64,000 bases of DNA from Eledone cirrhosa (lineage: Eukaryota). A program made the translations under genes and the position numbers. Positions 30,501 through 44,529 of this stretch are shown here, piece after piece (within the stretch, counting starts at the first letter, position 1; each line of letters begins with the position of its first letter). Location: assembly GCA_964016885.1 (NCBI GenBank), contig OZ024741.1, positions 261,330,001 to 261,394,000 on the forward strand, read 5' to 3'. The notes below the pieces were generated by a model, which saw only the letters and a program-made list of their open reading frames with translations, was not told where the DNA came from and did no database searches.

Positions 30501-31703
30501 CTTACGAGTGTTTCGGCTTATGAGTGTTTCGACTTACTAATGTTTTTACTTACGAGTGTTCTGACTTACGAGTGTTCTGATTTACGAGTGTTCCGACTTA
30601 CGAGTGTTTCGGCTTACGAGTGTTTCGGCTTACGAGTGTTTCGACTTACGAGTGTTTCGACTTACGAGTGTTCCGAGTTACGGGTGTTTCGACTTACGAG
30701 TGGTTTGGCTTACGGTGTTTCGGCTTGCGAGTGTTTCGACTTAAGAGTGTTTCGGCTTATGGGTGTTTCGACTTACTAATGTTTTTACTTACGAGTGTTT
30801 CGGCGTACGAGTGTTTTGACTTACGAGTCTTTCGACTTACGAGTGTTTCGACTTACGAGTGTTTCGGCTTACGTGAGTTTCGACTTAAGAGTGTTCTGAT
30901 TTACGAGTGTTCTGACTTGAGGGTGTTCTGATTTACGAGTGTTACGACTTACGAGTGTTTCGGCTTATGAGTGTTTCAACTTACGAGTGTTTCGGCTTAC
31001 GAGTGTTTCGACTTATGGGTGTTTCGACTTACGAGTGTTTTTACTTACGGTGTTTCGGCTTACGAGTGTTCCGACTTACGAGTGTTTCGGCTTACGAGTG
31101 TTTCCGGCTTACGAGTGTTTCGACTTACGAGTGTTTTGACTTACGGTGTTTCGGCTTACGAGTGATTCGACTTACGAATGTTTTGACTTACGGGTGTTTC
31201 GGCTTGCGAGTGTTTCGACTTACGAGTGTTTCGGCTTATGAGTGTTTCGACTTACTAATGTTTTGACTTACGAGTGTTCTGACTTACGAGTGTTCCGACT
31301 TACGAGTGTTCCGACTTACGAGTGTTTCGGCTTACGAGTGTTTCCGGCTTACGAGTGTTTCGACTTACGAGTGTTTTGACTTACGTTGTTTCGGCTTACG
31401 AGTGATTCGACTTACGAGTGTTTCGGCTTACGAGTGTTTCGACTTACGAGTGTTTCGACTTACGAGTGTTCCGACTTACGGGTGTTTCGACTTAAGAGTG
31501 GTTTGGCTTACGGTGTTTCGGCTTACGAGTGTTTCGAGTTACGAGTGTTTTGACTTACGCGTGTTTTGACATACGAGTGTTTCGATACGAGTGTTCTGAC
31601 TTACGAGTGTTCTGACTTACGAGTGTTCTGACTTACGAGTGTTCCGACTTTACGAGTGTTTCGGCTCACGAGTGTTTCGGCTTACGAGTGTTTCAACTTA
31701 CGA

Positions 31704-31780
31704 AAATAACAAATAGACGCGGTTTCAACTCTCTATGATTTTCAAATTCATTACATTAATCTTTATTTATACGTTTCGCT
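31704..31780. repeat. 77-bp AT-rich insert, copy 3 (two private substitutions)
   Basis: Reads TTTCAACTCTCTATGATTTTC instead of TTTCAAATCTCTATGCTTTTC. Confidence 0.95.
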
Positions 31781-33579
31781 TTACGAGTGTTTCGACTTAC
31801 GAGTGTTTCGACATACGAGTGTTTCGACTTCCGAATGTTTTTGCTTACGGGTGTTTCGACTTACGAATGTTTTTGCTTACGAGTGTTTCGGTTTACGAGT
31901 GTTCCGACTTACGAGTGTTCCGACTTAGGAGTGTTTCGGCTTACGAGTGTTTCTGGCTTACGAGTGTTTCGACTTACGAGTGTTTCGACTTTCGAGTGTT
32001 TTGACTTACGGTGTTTCGGCTTACGAGTGATTCGACTTACGAGTGTTTTGACTTACGGGTGTTTTGACTTACGGGTGTTGTGAATTACCAGTGTTCCGAT
32101 TTACGAGTGTTTTGACTTACGGTGTTTCGGCTTGCGAGTGTTTCGACTTACGAGTGTTTCGGCTTATGAGTGTTTCGACTTACTAATGTTTTTACTTAGG
32201 AGTGTTTCGGCGTTCGAGTGTTTTGACTTACGAGTGTTTCGACTTATGAGTGTTTCGACTTATGAGTGTTCTGACTTACGAGTGTTCTGACTTACGAGTG
32301 TTCCGACTTACGAGTGTTTCGGTTTACGAGTGTTTCGACATACGAGTGTTTTGACTTACGGGTGTTTCGACTTACGGGTGTTTCGACTTACGAGTGTTTC
32401 GGCTTACGAATGTTCCGACTTACTAATGTTTTTACTTAAGAGTGTTTCGGTGTACGAATGTTTTGACTTAAGGATGTTTCGACTTACGAGTGTTTCGACT
32501 TACGAGTGTTTCGGCTTACGTGAGTTTCGACTTAAGAGTGTTCTGATTTACGAGTGTTCCGACTTACGAGTGTTTCGGCTTATGAGTGTTCTGACTTACG
32601 AGTGTTCTGACTTACGAGTGTTCTGACTTACGAGTGTTCTGACTTACGAATGTTTTGACTTACGGGTGTTTCGGCTTACGAGTGTTTCGACTTACGAGTG
32701 TTTCGGCTTACGAGTGTTTCGACTTACTAATGTTTTTAATTACGAGTGTTTCGGCGTACGAGAGTTTTGACTTACGAGTGTTTCGACTTACGAGTGTTTT
32801 GACTTACGAATGTTTTGACTTACGGGTGTTTCGGCTTATGAGTGTTTCGACTTACGAGTCTTTCGGCTTACGAGTGTTTCGACTTACTAATGTTTTTACT
32901 TACGAGTGTTTCGGCGTACGAGTGTTTCGACTTACGAGTGTTTCGACTTACGGGTGTTTTGACTTACGGATGTTTCGGCTTACGAGTGTTTCGACTTACG
33001 AGTGTTTCGACTTATGAGTGTTTTGACTTACAGATGTTTCGGCTTACGAGTGTTTTGACTTACGAGTGTTTTGACTTAAGGGTGTTTCGACTTACGAGTA
33101 TTTTTGGCTTACGTGTGTTTCGACTTACGAGTGTTTTGACTTACGAGTGTTCTGATTTACGGATGTTTCGACATACGAGTGTTTCGACTTACGAGTGTTT
33201 CGACTTATGAGTGTTTCGACTTACGAGTGTTTCGGCTTACGAGTGTTTCGACTTACGAGTGTTTTGACTTACGGTGTTTCGGCTTACGAGTGTTTCGACT
33301 TACGAGTGTTTTGACTTACGGGTGTTTTGACATACGAGTGTTTCGATACGAGTGTTCTGACTTACGAGTGTTCTGACTTACGAGTGTTTTGACTTACGAG
33401 TGTTCTGACTTACGAGTGTTCCGACTTACGAGTGTTCCGACTTACGAGTGTTTCGGCTTACGAGTGTTTCCGGCTTACGAGTGTTTCGACTTCCGAGTGT
33501 TTTGACTTACGGTGTTTCGGCTTACGAGTGATTCGACTTACGAATGTTTTGACTTACGGGTGTTTCGGCTTGCGAGTGT

Positions 33580-36130
33580 TTCGACTTACGAGTGTTTCGG
33601 CTTATGGGTGTTTCGACTTACTAATGTTTTTACTTACGAGTGTTTCGGCGTACGAGTGTTTTGACTTACGAGTCTTTCGACTTACGAGTGTTTCGGCTTA
33701 CGTGAGTTTCGACTTAAGAGTGTTCTGATTTACGAGTGTTCTGACTTGCGGGTGTTCTGATTTACGAGTGTTCCGACTTACGAGTGTTTCGGCTCATGAG
33801 TGTTTCAACTTACGAGTGTTTCGGCTTACGAGTGTTTCGACTTATGGGTGTTTCGACTTACGAGTGTTTTTACTTACGGTGTTTCGGCTTACGAGTGTTT
33901 CGACATACGAGTGTTTTGACTTACGGGTGTTTCGACTTACGAGTGTTTTGACTTACGAATGTTTTGACTTACGGGTGTTTCGGCTTACGAGTGTTTCGAC
34001 TTACGAGTGTTTCGGCTTACGAGTGTTTCGACTTACTAATGTTCTTACTTACGAGTGTTTCGGCGTACGAGAGTTTTGACTTACGAGTGTTTCGACTTAC
34101 GAGTGTTTCGACTTACGAGTGTTTTGACTTACGAATGTTTTGACTTACGGGTGTTTCGGCTTACGAGTGTTTCGACTTACGAGTCTTTCGGCTTACGAGT
34201 GTTTCGACTTACTAATGTTTTTACTTACGAGTGTTTCGGCGTACGAGTGTTTCGACTTACGAGTGTTTCGACTTACGAGTGTTTTGACTTACGGGTGTTT
34301 CGGCTTACGAGTGTTTTGACTTACGAGTGTTTTGACTTAAGGGTGTTTCGACTTACGAGTATTTTTGGCTTACGTGTGTTTCGACTTACGAGTGTTTTGA
34401 CTTACGAGTGTTCTGATTTACGGATGTTTCGACATACGAGTGTTTCGACTTACGAGTGTTTCGACTTATGAGTGTTTCGACTTACGAGTGTTTCGACTTA
34501 CGAGTGTTTCGGCTTATGAGTGTTTCGACTTACGAGTGTTTTGACTTACGGTGTTTCCGCTTACGAGTGTTTCGACTTACGAGTGTTTTGACTTACGGGT
34601 GTTTTGACATACGAGTGTTTCGATACGAGTGTTCTGACTTACGAGTGTTCTGACTTACGAGTGTTTTGACTTACGAGTGTTATGACTTACGAGTGTTCCG
34701 ACTTACGAGTGTTCCGACTTACGAGTGTTTCGGCTTACGAGTGTTTCCGGCTTACGAGTGTTTCGACTTAGGAGTGTTTTGACTTACGGTGTTTCGGCTT
34801 ACGAGTGATTCGACTTACGAGTGTTTTGACTTACGGGTGTTTTGACTTACGGGTGTTTCGACTTACGAGTGTTTCGGCTTATGGGTGTTTCGACTTACTA
34901 ATGTTTTTACTTACGAGTGTTTCGGCGTACGAGTGTTTTGACTTACGAGTCTTTCGACTTACGAGTGTTTCGGCTTACGTGAGTTTCGACTTAAGAGTGT
35001 TCTGATTTACGAGTGTTCTGACTTGCGGGTGTTCTGATTTACGAGTGTTCCGACTTACGAGTGTTTCGGCTCATGAGTGTTTCAACTTACGAGTGTTTCG
35101 GCTTACGAGTGTTTCGACTTATGGGTGTTTCGACTTACGAGTGTTTTTACTTACGGTGTTTCGGCTTACGAGTGTTTCGACATACGAGTGTTTTGACTTA
35201 CGGGTGTTTCGACTTACGAGTGTTTTGACTTACGAATGTTTTGACTTACGGGTGTTTCGGCTTACGAGTGTTTCGACTTACGAGTGTTTCGGCTTACGAG
35301 TGTTTCGACTTACTAATGTTCTTACTTACGAGTGTTTCGGCGTACGAGAGTTTTGACTTACGAGTGTTTCGACTTACGAGTGTTTCGACTTACGAGTGTT
35401 TTGACTTACGAATGTTTTGACTTACGGGTGTTTCGGCTTACGAGTGTTTCGACTTACGAGTCTTTCGGCTTACGAGTGTTTCGACTTACTAATGTTTTTA
35501 CTTACGAGTGTTTCGGCGTACGAGTGTTTCGACTTACGAGTGTTTCGACTTACGAGTGTTTTGACTTACGGGTGTTTCGGCTTACGAGTGTTTTGACTTA
35601 CGAGTGTTTTGACTTAAGGGTGTTTCGACTTACGAGTATTTTTGGCTTACGTGTGTTTCGACTTACGAGTGTTTTGACTTACGAGTGTTCTGATTTACGG
35701 ATGTTTCGACATACGAGTGTTTCGACTTACGAGTGTTTCGACTTATGAGTGTTTCGACTTACGAGTGTTTCGACTTACGAGTGTTTCGGCTTATGAGTGT
35801 TTCGACTTACGAGTGTTTTGACTTACGGTGTTTCCGCTTACGAGTGTTTCGACTTACGAGTGTTTTGACTTACGGGTGTTTTGACATACGAGTGTTTCGA
35901 TACGAGTGTTCTGACTTACGAGTGTTCTGACTTACGAGTGTTTTGACTTACGAGTGTTCTGACTTACGAGTGTTCCGACTTACGAGTGTTCCGACTTACG
36001 AGTGTTTCGGCTTACGAGTGTTTCCGGCTTACGAGTGTTTCGACTTAGGAGTGTTTTGACTTACGGTGTTTCGGCTTACGAGTGATTCGACTTACGAGTG
36101 TTTTGACTTACGGGTGTTTTGACTTACGGG
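33580..36130 (+). repeat. Tandem duplication, 1,277-bp unit
   Basis: Identical ORF-track entries at 33768/35045, 34055/35332 and 34456/35733. Confidence 0.9.
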
Positions 36131-36782
36131 TGTTGTGAATTACGAGTGTTCCGATTTACGAGTGTTTTAACTTACGGTGTTTCGGCTTACAAGTGATTCG
36201 ACTTACGAATGTTTTGACTTACGGGTGTTTCGGCTTGCGAGTGTTTCGACTTACGAGTGTTTCGGCTTATGAGTGTTTCGACTTACTAATGTTTTTACTT
36301 ACGACTGTTTCGGCGTACGAGTGTTTTGACTTACGAGTGTTTCGATTTACGAGTGTTTCGGCTTGCGAGTGTTTCGACTTACTAATGTTTTTACTTACGA
36401 GTGTTTCGGCGTACGAGTGTTTCGACTTACGAGTGTTTCGACTTACGGGTGTTTTGACTTACGGGTGTTTCGGCTTACGAGTGTTTCGACTTACGAGTGT
36501 TTTGACTTAAGGGTGTTTCGACTTACGAGTGTTTCGACTTACGAGTGTTTCGGCTTACGAGTGTTTTGACTTAAGGATGTTTCGACTTACGAGTGTTTCG
36601 ATACGAGTGTTTCGACTTACGAGTGTTCTGACTTACGAGTGTTCTGACTTACGAGTGTTCTGACTTACGAGTGTTCCGACTTACGAGTGTTTCGACTTAC
36701 GAGTGTTTTGACTTACGAATGTTCTGACTTACGGGTGTTTCGCCTTACGAGTGTTTCGGCTTACGAGTGTTTCGACTTACGA

Positions 36783-36859
36783 AAATAACAAATAGACGCG
36801 GTTTCAAATCTCTATGCTTTTCAAATTCATTACATTAATCTTTATTTATACGTTTCGCT
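36783..36859. repeat. 77-bp AT-rich insert, copy 4
   Basis: Same sequence and flanks as copies 1 and 2. Confidence 0.95.
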
Positions 36860-39147
36860 TTACGAGTGTTTCGGTGTACGAGTGTTTCGACTTACGAGTG
36901 TTTTAACTTACGGTTGTTTCGACTTACGCGTTTTTCGACTACGAATGTTCCGACTTACGAGTGTTTCGACTTACGAGTGTTTCGACTTACGAGTGCTTTG
37001 ACTTACGAATGTTTTGACTTCGACTTACGAGTGATCTGACTTACGAGGGTTCCTACTTACGAGTGTTTCGACTTACGAGTGTTTCGACTTGCGAGTGTTT
37101 CGACTTACGAGTGTTTCGGCTTACGAGTGTTTCGGTGTTTCGGCTTCCGTGTGTTTCGACTTACGAGTGTTTCGACTTACGAGTGTTTCGACTTGCGAGT
37201 GTTTCGACTTACGAGTGTTTCGGCTTACGAGTGTTTCTGTGTTTCGGCTTACGTGTGTTTCGACTTCCGAGTGTTTCGACTTACGGGTGTTTTGACTTAC
37301 GACTGTTTCGGCTTACGAGTGTTTTGACTTACGAGTGTTTTGACTTAAGGGTGTTTCGACTTACGAGTATTTTTGGCTTACGAGTGTTTCGACTTACGAA
37401 TGTTTTGACTTACGAGTGTTCTGATTTACGGATGTTTCGACATACGAGTGTTTCGACTTACGAGTGTTTCGACTTATGAGTGTTTCGACTTACGAGTGTT
37501 TCGACTTACGAGTGTTTCGGCTTATGATTGTTTCGACTTACGAGTGTTTTGACTTACAGTGTTTCAGCTTACGAGTGTTTCGACTTACGAGTGTCTTGAC
37601 TTACGGGTATTTTGACATACGAGTGTTTCGATACGAGTGTTCTGACTTACGAGTGTTCTGACTTACGAGTGTTTTGACTTACGAGTGTTCTGACTTACGA
37701 GTGTTCCGACTTACGAGTGTTCCGACTTACGAGTGTTTCGGCTTACGAGTGTTTCCGGCTTACGACTGTTTCGACTTAGGAGTGTTTTGACTTACGGTGT
37801 TTCGGCTTACGAGTGATTCGACTTACGAGTGTTTTGACTTACGGGTGTTTTGACTTACGGGTGTTGTGAATTACGAGTGTTCCGATTTACGAGTGTTTTG
37901 ACTTACGGTGTTTCGGCTTACGAGTGATTCGACTTACGAATGTTTTGACTTACGGGTGTTTCGGCTTGCGAGTGTTTCGACTTACGAGTGTTTCGGCTTA
38001 TGAGTGTTTCGTCTTACTAATGTTTTTACTTACGAGTGTTTCGGCGTACGAGTGTTTTGACTTACGAGTGTTTCGATTTACGAGTGTTTCGGCTTGCGAG
38101 TGTTTCGACTTACTAATGTTTTTACTTACGAGTGTTTCGGCGTACGAGTGTTTCGACTTACGAGTGTTTCGACTTACGGGTGTTTTGACTTACGGGTGTT
38201 TCGGCTTACGAGTGTTTCGACTTACGAGTGTTTTGACTTAAGGGTGTTTCGACTTACGAGTGTTTCGACTTACGAGTGTTTCGGCTTACGAGTGTTTTGA
38301 CTTAAGGATGTTTCGACTTACGAGTGTTTCGATACGAGTGTTTCGACTTACGAGTGTTCTGACTTACGAGTGTTCTGATTTACGGATGTTTCGACATACG
38401 AGTGTTTCGACATACGAGTATTTCGACTTACGAGTGTTTTGACTTACGGGTGTTTTCACATACGAGTGTTTCGATACGAGTGTTTCGACTTACGTATGTT
38501 CTAACTTACGAGTGTTCTGACTTACGAGTGTTCTGACTTACGAGTGTTCTGACTTACGAGTGTTCTGTCTTACGAGTGTTCCGACTTACGAGTGTTCCGA
38601 CTTACGAGTGTTTCGGCTTACGAGTGTTTCGGCTTACGAGTGTTTCGACGTACGAGTGTTTCGACTTACGAGTGTTCTGACTTACGGGTGTTTCGACTTA
38701 CGAGTGTTTTGGCTTACGGTGTTTCGACTTACGAGTTTTTCGAGTTACGAGTGTTTTGACTTACGCGTGTTTTGACATACGAGTGTTTCGATACGAGTGT
38801 TCTGACTTACGAGTGTTCTGACTTACGAGTGTTCTGACTTACGAGTGTTCTGACTTACGAGTGTTCTGACTTACGAGTGTTCCGACTTTACGAGTGTTTC
38901 GGCTCACGAATGTTTTGGCTTACGGTGTTTCGGCTTACGAGTGTTTCGAGTTACGAGTGTTTTGACTTACGCGTGTTTTGACATACGAGTGTTTCGATAC
39001 GAGTGTTCTGACTTACGAGTATTCTGACTTACGAGTGTTCTGACTTACGAGTGTTCTGACTTACGAGTGTTCTGACTTACGAGTGTTCCGTCTTTACGAG
39101 TGTTTCCGCTCACGAGTGTTTCGGCTTACGAGTGTTTCGACTTACGA

Positions 39148-39224
39148 AAATAACAAATAGACGCGGTTTCAAATCTCTATGCTTTTCAAATTCATTACAT
39201 TAATCTTTATTTATACGTTTCGCT
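39148..39224. repeat. 77-bp AT-rich insert, copy 5
   Basis: Consensus insert. Upstream flank CCGTCTTT...CCGCTCACGAG, downstream flank GAGTCTTTCGACATAC. Confidence 0.95.
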
Positions 39225-41030
39225 TTACGAGTGTTTCGACTTACGAGTCTTTCGACATACAAGTGTTTCAGCTTACGAGTGTTTTGATTTACGAGTGTTT
39301 TGACTTACGGGTGTTTCGACTTACGCGTGTTTCGACTTACGAGTGTTTCGGCTTACGAGTGTTTCGACTTACGAGTGTTTGGGCTTACGAGTGTTTCGGC
39401 TTACGAGTGTTTCCGGCTTACGAGTGTTTCGACTTACGAGTGTTTTGACTTACGGTGTTTCGGCTTACGAGTGATTCGACTTACGAGTGTTTTGACTTAC
39501 GGGTGTTTTGACTTACGGGTGTTGTGAATTACGAGTGTTCCGATTTACGAGTGTTTCGGCTTATGAGTGTTTCGACTTACGAGTGTTTCGGCTTACGAGT
39601 GTTTCGACTTATGGGTGTTTCGACTTACGAGTGTTTTTACTTACGGTGTTTCGGCTTACGAGTGTTTCGACATACGAGTGTTCAGACTTACGAGTGTTCC
39701 GACTTACGAGCGTTCCGACTTACGAGTGTTTCGACTTACGAGTGTTAAGACTTACGGGTGTTTTGACATACGAGTGTTTCGATACGAGTGTTTCGACTTA
39801 CGAGTGTTACGAGTGTTCTGACTTACGAGTGTTCTGACTTACGAGTGTTCTGACTTACGAGTGTTCTGACTTACGACCGTTCTGACTTACGAGTGTTCGG
39901 ACTTACGAGTGTTTCGGCTTACGAGTGTTTCGACTAACGAGTGTTCTGACTTACGAGTGTTCCGACTTACGAGCGTTCCGACTTACGAGTGTTTCGGCTT
40001 ACAAGTGTTCCGACTTACGAGTGTTTCGACTTACGAGTGTTTTGACTTACGGTGTTTCTGCTTACGAGTGTTTCGACTTACGAGTGTTAAGACTTACGAG
40101 TGTTCTGACTTACGAGTGTTTCGACTTACGAGTGTTCTGACCTACAAGTGTTCTGACTTACGAGTGTTTCGACTTACGATTGTTTTTTTCACTTACGGGT
40201 GTTTCGACTTACGCGTGTTTCGATTTACGAGTGTTTAGACTTACGAGTGTTTCGACTACGAATGTTCCGACTTACGAGTGTTTCGACTTACGAGTGTTTC
40301 GACTTACGGGTGGTCTGACTTACGGGTGTTCTGACTTACCAGTGTTCCGACTTACGAGTGTTTCAGCTTATGAGTGTTTCGACTTAAGAGTGCTTCGGTT
40401 TACGAGTGTTTCGACTTACGAGTGTTTTGACTTATGGTGTTTCGGCTTACGAGTGTTTCGACATACGAGTGTTTTGACTTACGGGTGTTTCGACTTACGG
40501 GTGTTTCGACGTAAGAGTGTTTCGACTTACGAGCGCTTCGACATACGAGTGTTTTGACTTACGAGTGTTTCGACTTACGAGTGCTTTGACTTACGAATGT
40601 TTTGAATTACTTCGACTTACGAGTGATCTGACTTACGAGTGTTCCTACTTACGAGTGTTTCGACTTACGAGTGTTTCGACTTACGAGTGTTTCGGTGTTT
40701 CGGCTTACGGGTGGTCTGACTTACGGGTGTTCTGACTTACCAGTGTTCCGACTTACGAGTGTTTCAGCTTATGAGTGTTTCGACTTAAGAGTGCTTCGGT
40801 TTACGAGTGTTCTGACTTACGAGTGTTCTGACTTACGAGTGTTCCGACTTACGAGTGTTTCGACTTACGAGTGTTTTGACTTACGAATGTTCTGACTTAC
40901 GGGTGTTTCGCCTTACGAGTGTTTCGACTTACGAGTGTTTTAACTTACGGGTGTTTCGACTTACAAATGTTCCGACTTACGAGTGTTTCTACTTACGAGT
41001 GTTTCGGCTTACGAGTGTTTCGACTTACGA

Positions 41031-41107
41031 AAATAACAAATAGATGCGGTTTCAAATCTCTATGCTTTTCAAATTCATTACATTAATCTTTATTTATACG
41101 TTTCGCT
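41031..41107. repeat. 77-bp AT-rich insert, copy 6 (GATGCGG variant)
   Basis: TAGATGCGG instead of TAGACGCGG. Confidence 0.95.
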
Positions 41108-44100
41108 TTACGAGTGTTTCGGCGTACGAGTGTTTCGACTTACGAGTGTTTTAACTTACGGGTGTTTCGACTTACGCGTTTTTCGACTACGAATGTTCCG
41201 ACTTACGAGTGTTTCGACTTACGAGTGTTTCGACTTACGAGTGCTTTGACTTACGAATGTTTTGACTTCGACATACGAGTGATCTGACTTACGAGGGTTC
41301 CTACTTACGAGTGTTTCGACTTACGAGTGTTTCGACTTGCGAGTGTTTCGACTTACGAGTGTTTCGGCTTACGAGTGTTTCGGTGTTTCGGCTTACGTGT
41401 GTTTCGACTTAAGAGTGTTTCGACTTACGAGTGTATCGATTTGCGAGTGTTTCGACTTACGAGTGTTTCGGCTTACGAGTGTTTCGGTGTTTCGGCTTAC
41501 GTGTGTTTCGACTTCCGAGTGTTTCGACTTACGGGTGTTTTGACTTACGACTGTTTCGGCTTACGAGTGTTTTGACTTACGAGTGTTTTGACTTAATTGT
41601 GTTTCGACTTACGAGTATTTTTGGCTTACGAGTGTTTCGACTTACGAGTGTTTTGACTTACGAGTGTTCTGATTTACGGATGTTTCGACATACGAGTGTT
41701 TCGACTTACGAGTGTTTCGTCTTATGAGTGTTTCGAATTACGAGTGTTTCGACTTACGAGTGTTTCGGCTTATGATTGTTTCGACTTACGAGTGTTTTGA
41801 CTTACGGTGTTTCAGCTTACGAGTGTTTCGACTTACGAGTGTTTTGACTTACGGGTGTTTTGACATACGAGTGTTTCGATACGAGTGTTCTGACTTACGA
41901 GTGTTCTGACTTACGAGTGTTTTGACTTACGAGTGTTCTGACTTACGAGTGTTCAGACTTACGAGTGTTCCGACTTACGAGTGTTTCGGCTTACGAGTGT
42001 TTCCGGCTTACGAGTGTTTCGACTTACGAGTGTTTTGACTTACGGTGTTTCGGCTTACGAGTGATTCGACTTACGAATGTTTTGACTTACGGGGTTTCGG
42101 CTTGCGAGTGTTTCGACTTACGGTGTTTCGGCTTATGAGTGTTTCGACTTAATAATGTTTTTACTTACGAGTGTTCTGACTTACGAGTGTTCTGATTTAC
42201 GAGTGTTCCGACTTACGAGTGTTTCGGCTTACGAGTGTTTCGGCTTACGAGTGTTTCGACTTACGAGTGTTTCGACTTACGAGTGTTCCGACTTACGGGT
42301 GTTTCGACTTACGAGTGGTTTGGCTTACGGTGTTTCGGCTTACGAGTGTTTCGAGTTACGAGTGTTTTGACTTACGCGTGTTTTGACATACGAGTGTTTC
42401 GATACGAGTGTTTCGATACGAGTCTTCTGACTTACGAGTGTTCTGACTTACGAGTGTTCTGACTTACGAGTGTTCCGACTTTACGAGTGTTTCGGCTCAC
42501 GAGTGTTTCGGCTTACGAGTGTTTCGACATACGAGTGTTTCGACTTCCGAATGTTTTTGCTTACGGGTGTTTCGACTTACGAATGTTTTTGCTTACGAGT
42601 GTTTCGGTTTACGAGTGTTCCGACTTACGAGTGTTCCGACTTAGGAGTGTTTCGGCTTACGAGTGTTTCCGGCTTACGAGTGTTTAGACTTACGAGTGTT
42701 TCGACTTTCGAGTGTTTTGACTTACGGTGTTTCGGCTTACGAGTGATTCGACTTACGAGTGTTTTGACTTACGGGTGTTTTGACTTACGGGTGTTGTGAA
42801 TTACCAGTGTTCCGATTTACGAGTGTTTTGACTTACGGTGTTTCGGCTTGCGAGTGTTTCGACTTACGAGTGTTTCGGCTTATGAGTGTTTCGACTTACT
42901 AATGTTTTTACTTACGAGTGTTTCGGCGTTCGAGTGTTTTGACTTACGAGTGTTTCGACTTATGAGTGTTTCGATTTACGAGTGTTCTGACTTACGAGTG
43001 TTCTGAATTACGAGTGTTCCGACTTACGAGTGTTTCGGTTTACGAGTGTTTCGACATACGAGTGTTTTGACTTACGGGTGTTTCGACTTACGGGTGTTTC
43101 GACTTACGAGTGTTTCGGCTTACGAGTGTTTTGACTTACTAATGTTTTTACTTACGAGTGTTTCGGTGTATGAATGTTTTGACATAAAGATGTTTCGACT
43201 TACGAGTGTTTCGACTTACGAGTGTTTCGGCTTACGTGAGTTTCGACTTAAGAGTGTTCTGATTTACGAGTCTTCTGACTTGCGGGTGTTCTGATTTACG
43301 AGTGTTCCGACTTACGAGTGTTTCGGCTTATGAGTGTTCTGACTTACGAGTGTTCTGACTTACGAGTGTTCTGACTTACGAGTGTTCTGACTTACGAATG
43401 TTTTGACTTACGGGTGTTTCGGCTTACGAGTGTTTCGACTTACGAGTGTTTCGGCTTACGAGTGTTTCGACTTACTAATGTTTTTACTTACGAGTGTTTC
43501 GGCGTACGAGAGTTTTGACTTACGAGTGTTTCGACTTACGAGTGTTTTGACTTACGAATGTTTTGACTTACGGGTGTTTCGGCTTATGAGTGTTTCGACT
43601 TACGAGTCTTTCGGCTTACGAGTGTTTCGACTTACTAATGTTTTTACTTACGAGTGTTTCGGCGTACGAGTGTTTCGACTTACGAGTGTTTCGACTTACG
43701 GGTGTTTTGACTTACGGATGTTTCGGCTTACGAGTGTTTCGACTTACGAGTGTTTTGACTTAAGGGTGTTTCAACTTACGAGTATTTTTGGCTTACGAGT
43801 GTTTCGACTTACGAGTGTTTTGACTTACGAGTGTTCTGATTTACGGATGTTTCGACATACGAGTGTTTCGACTTACGAATGTTTCGACTTATGAGTGTTT
43901 CGACTTACGAGTGTTTCGGCTTACGAGTGTTTCGACTTACGAGTGTTTTGACTTACGGTGTTTCGGCTTACGAGTGCTTCGACTTACGAGTGTTTTGACT
44001 TACGGGTGTTTTGACATACGAGTGTTTCGATACGAGTGTTCTGACTTACGAGTGTTTTGACTTACGAGTGTTCTGACTTACGAGTGTTCCGACTTACGAG

Positions 44101-44452
44101 TGTTCCGACTTACGAGTGTTTCGGCTTACGAGTGTTTCCGGCTTACGAGTGTTTCGACTTCCGAGTGTTTTGACTTACGGGTGTTTTGACTTACGAGTGT
44201 TTTGACTTAATTGTGTTTCGACTTACGAGTATTTTTGGCTTACGAGTGTTTCGACTTACGAGTGTTTTGACTTACGGGTGTTTTGACATACGAGTGTTTC
44301 GATACGAGTGTTCTGACTTACGAGTGTTCTGACTTACGAGTGTTTTGACTTACGAGTGTTCTGACTTACGAGTGTTCTGACTTACGAGTGTTCCGTCTTT
44401 ACGAGTGTTTCCGCTCACGAGTGTTTCGGCTTACGAGTGTTTCGACTTACGA

Positions 44453-44529
44453 AAATAACAAATAGACGCGGTTTCAAATCTCTATGCTTTTCAAATTCAT
44501 TACATTAATCTTTATTTATACGTTTCGCT
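44453..44529. repeat. 77-bp AT-rich insert, copy 7
   Basis: Consensus insert, flank type as copy 5. Confidence 0.95.
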
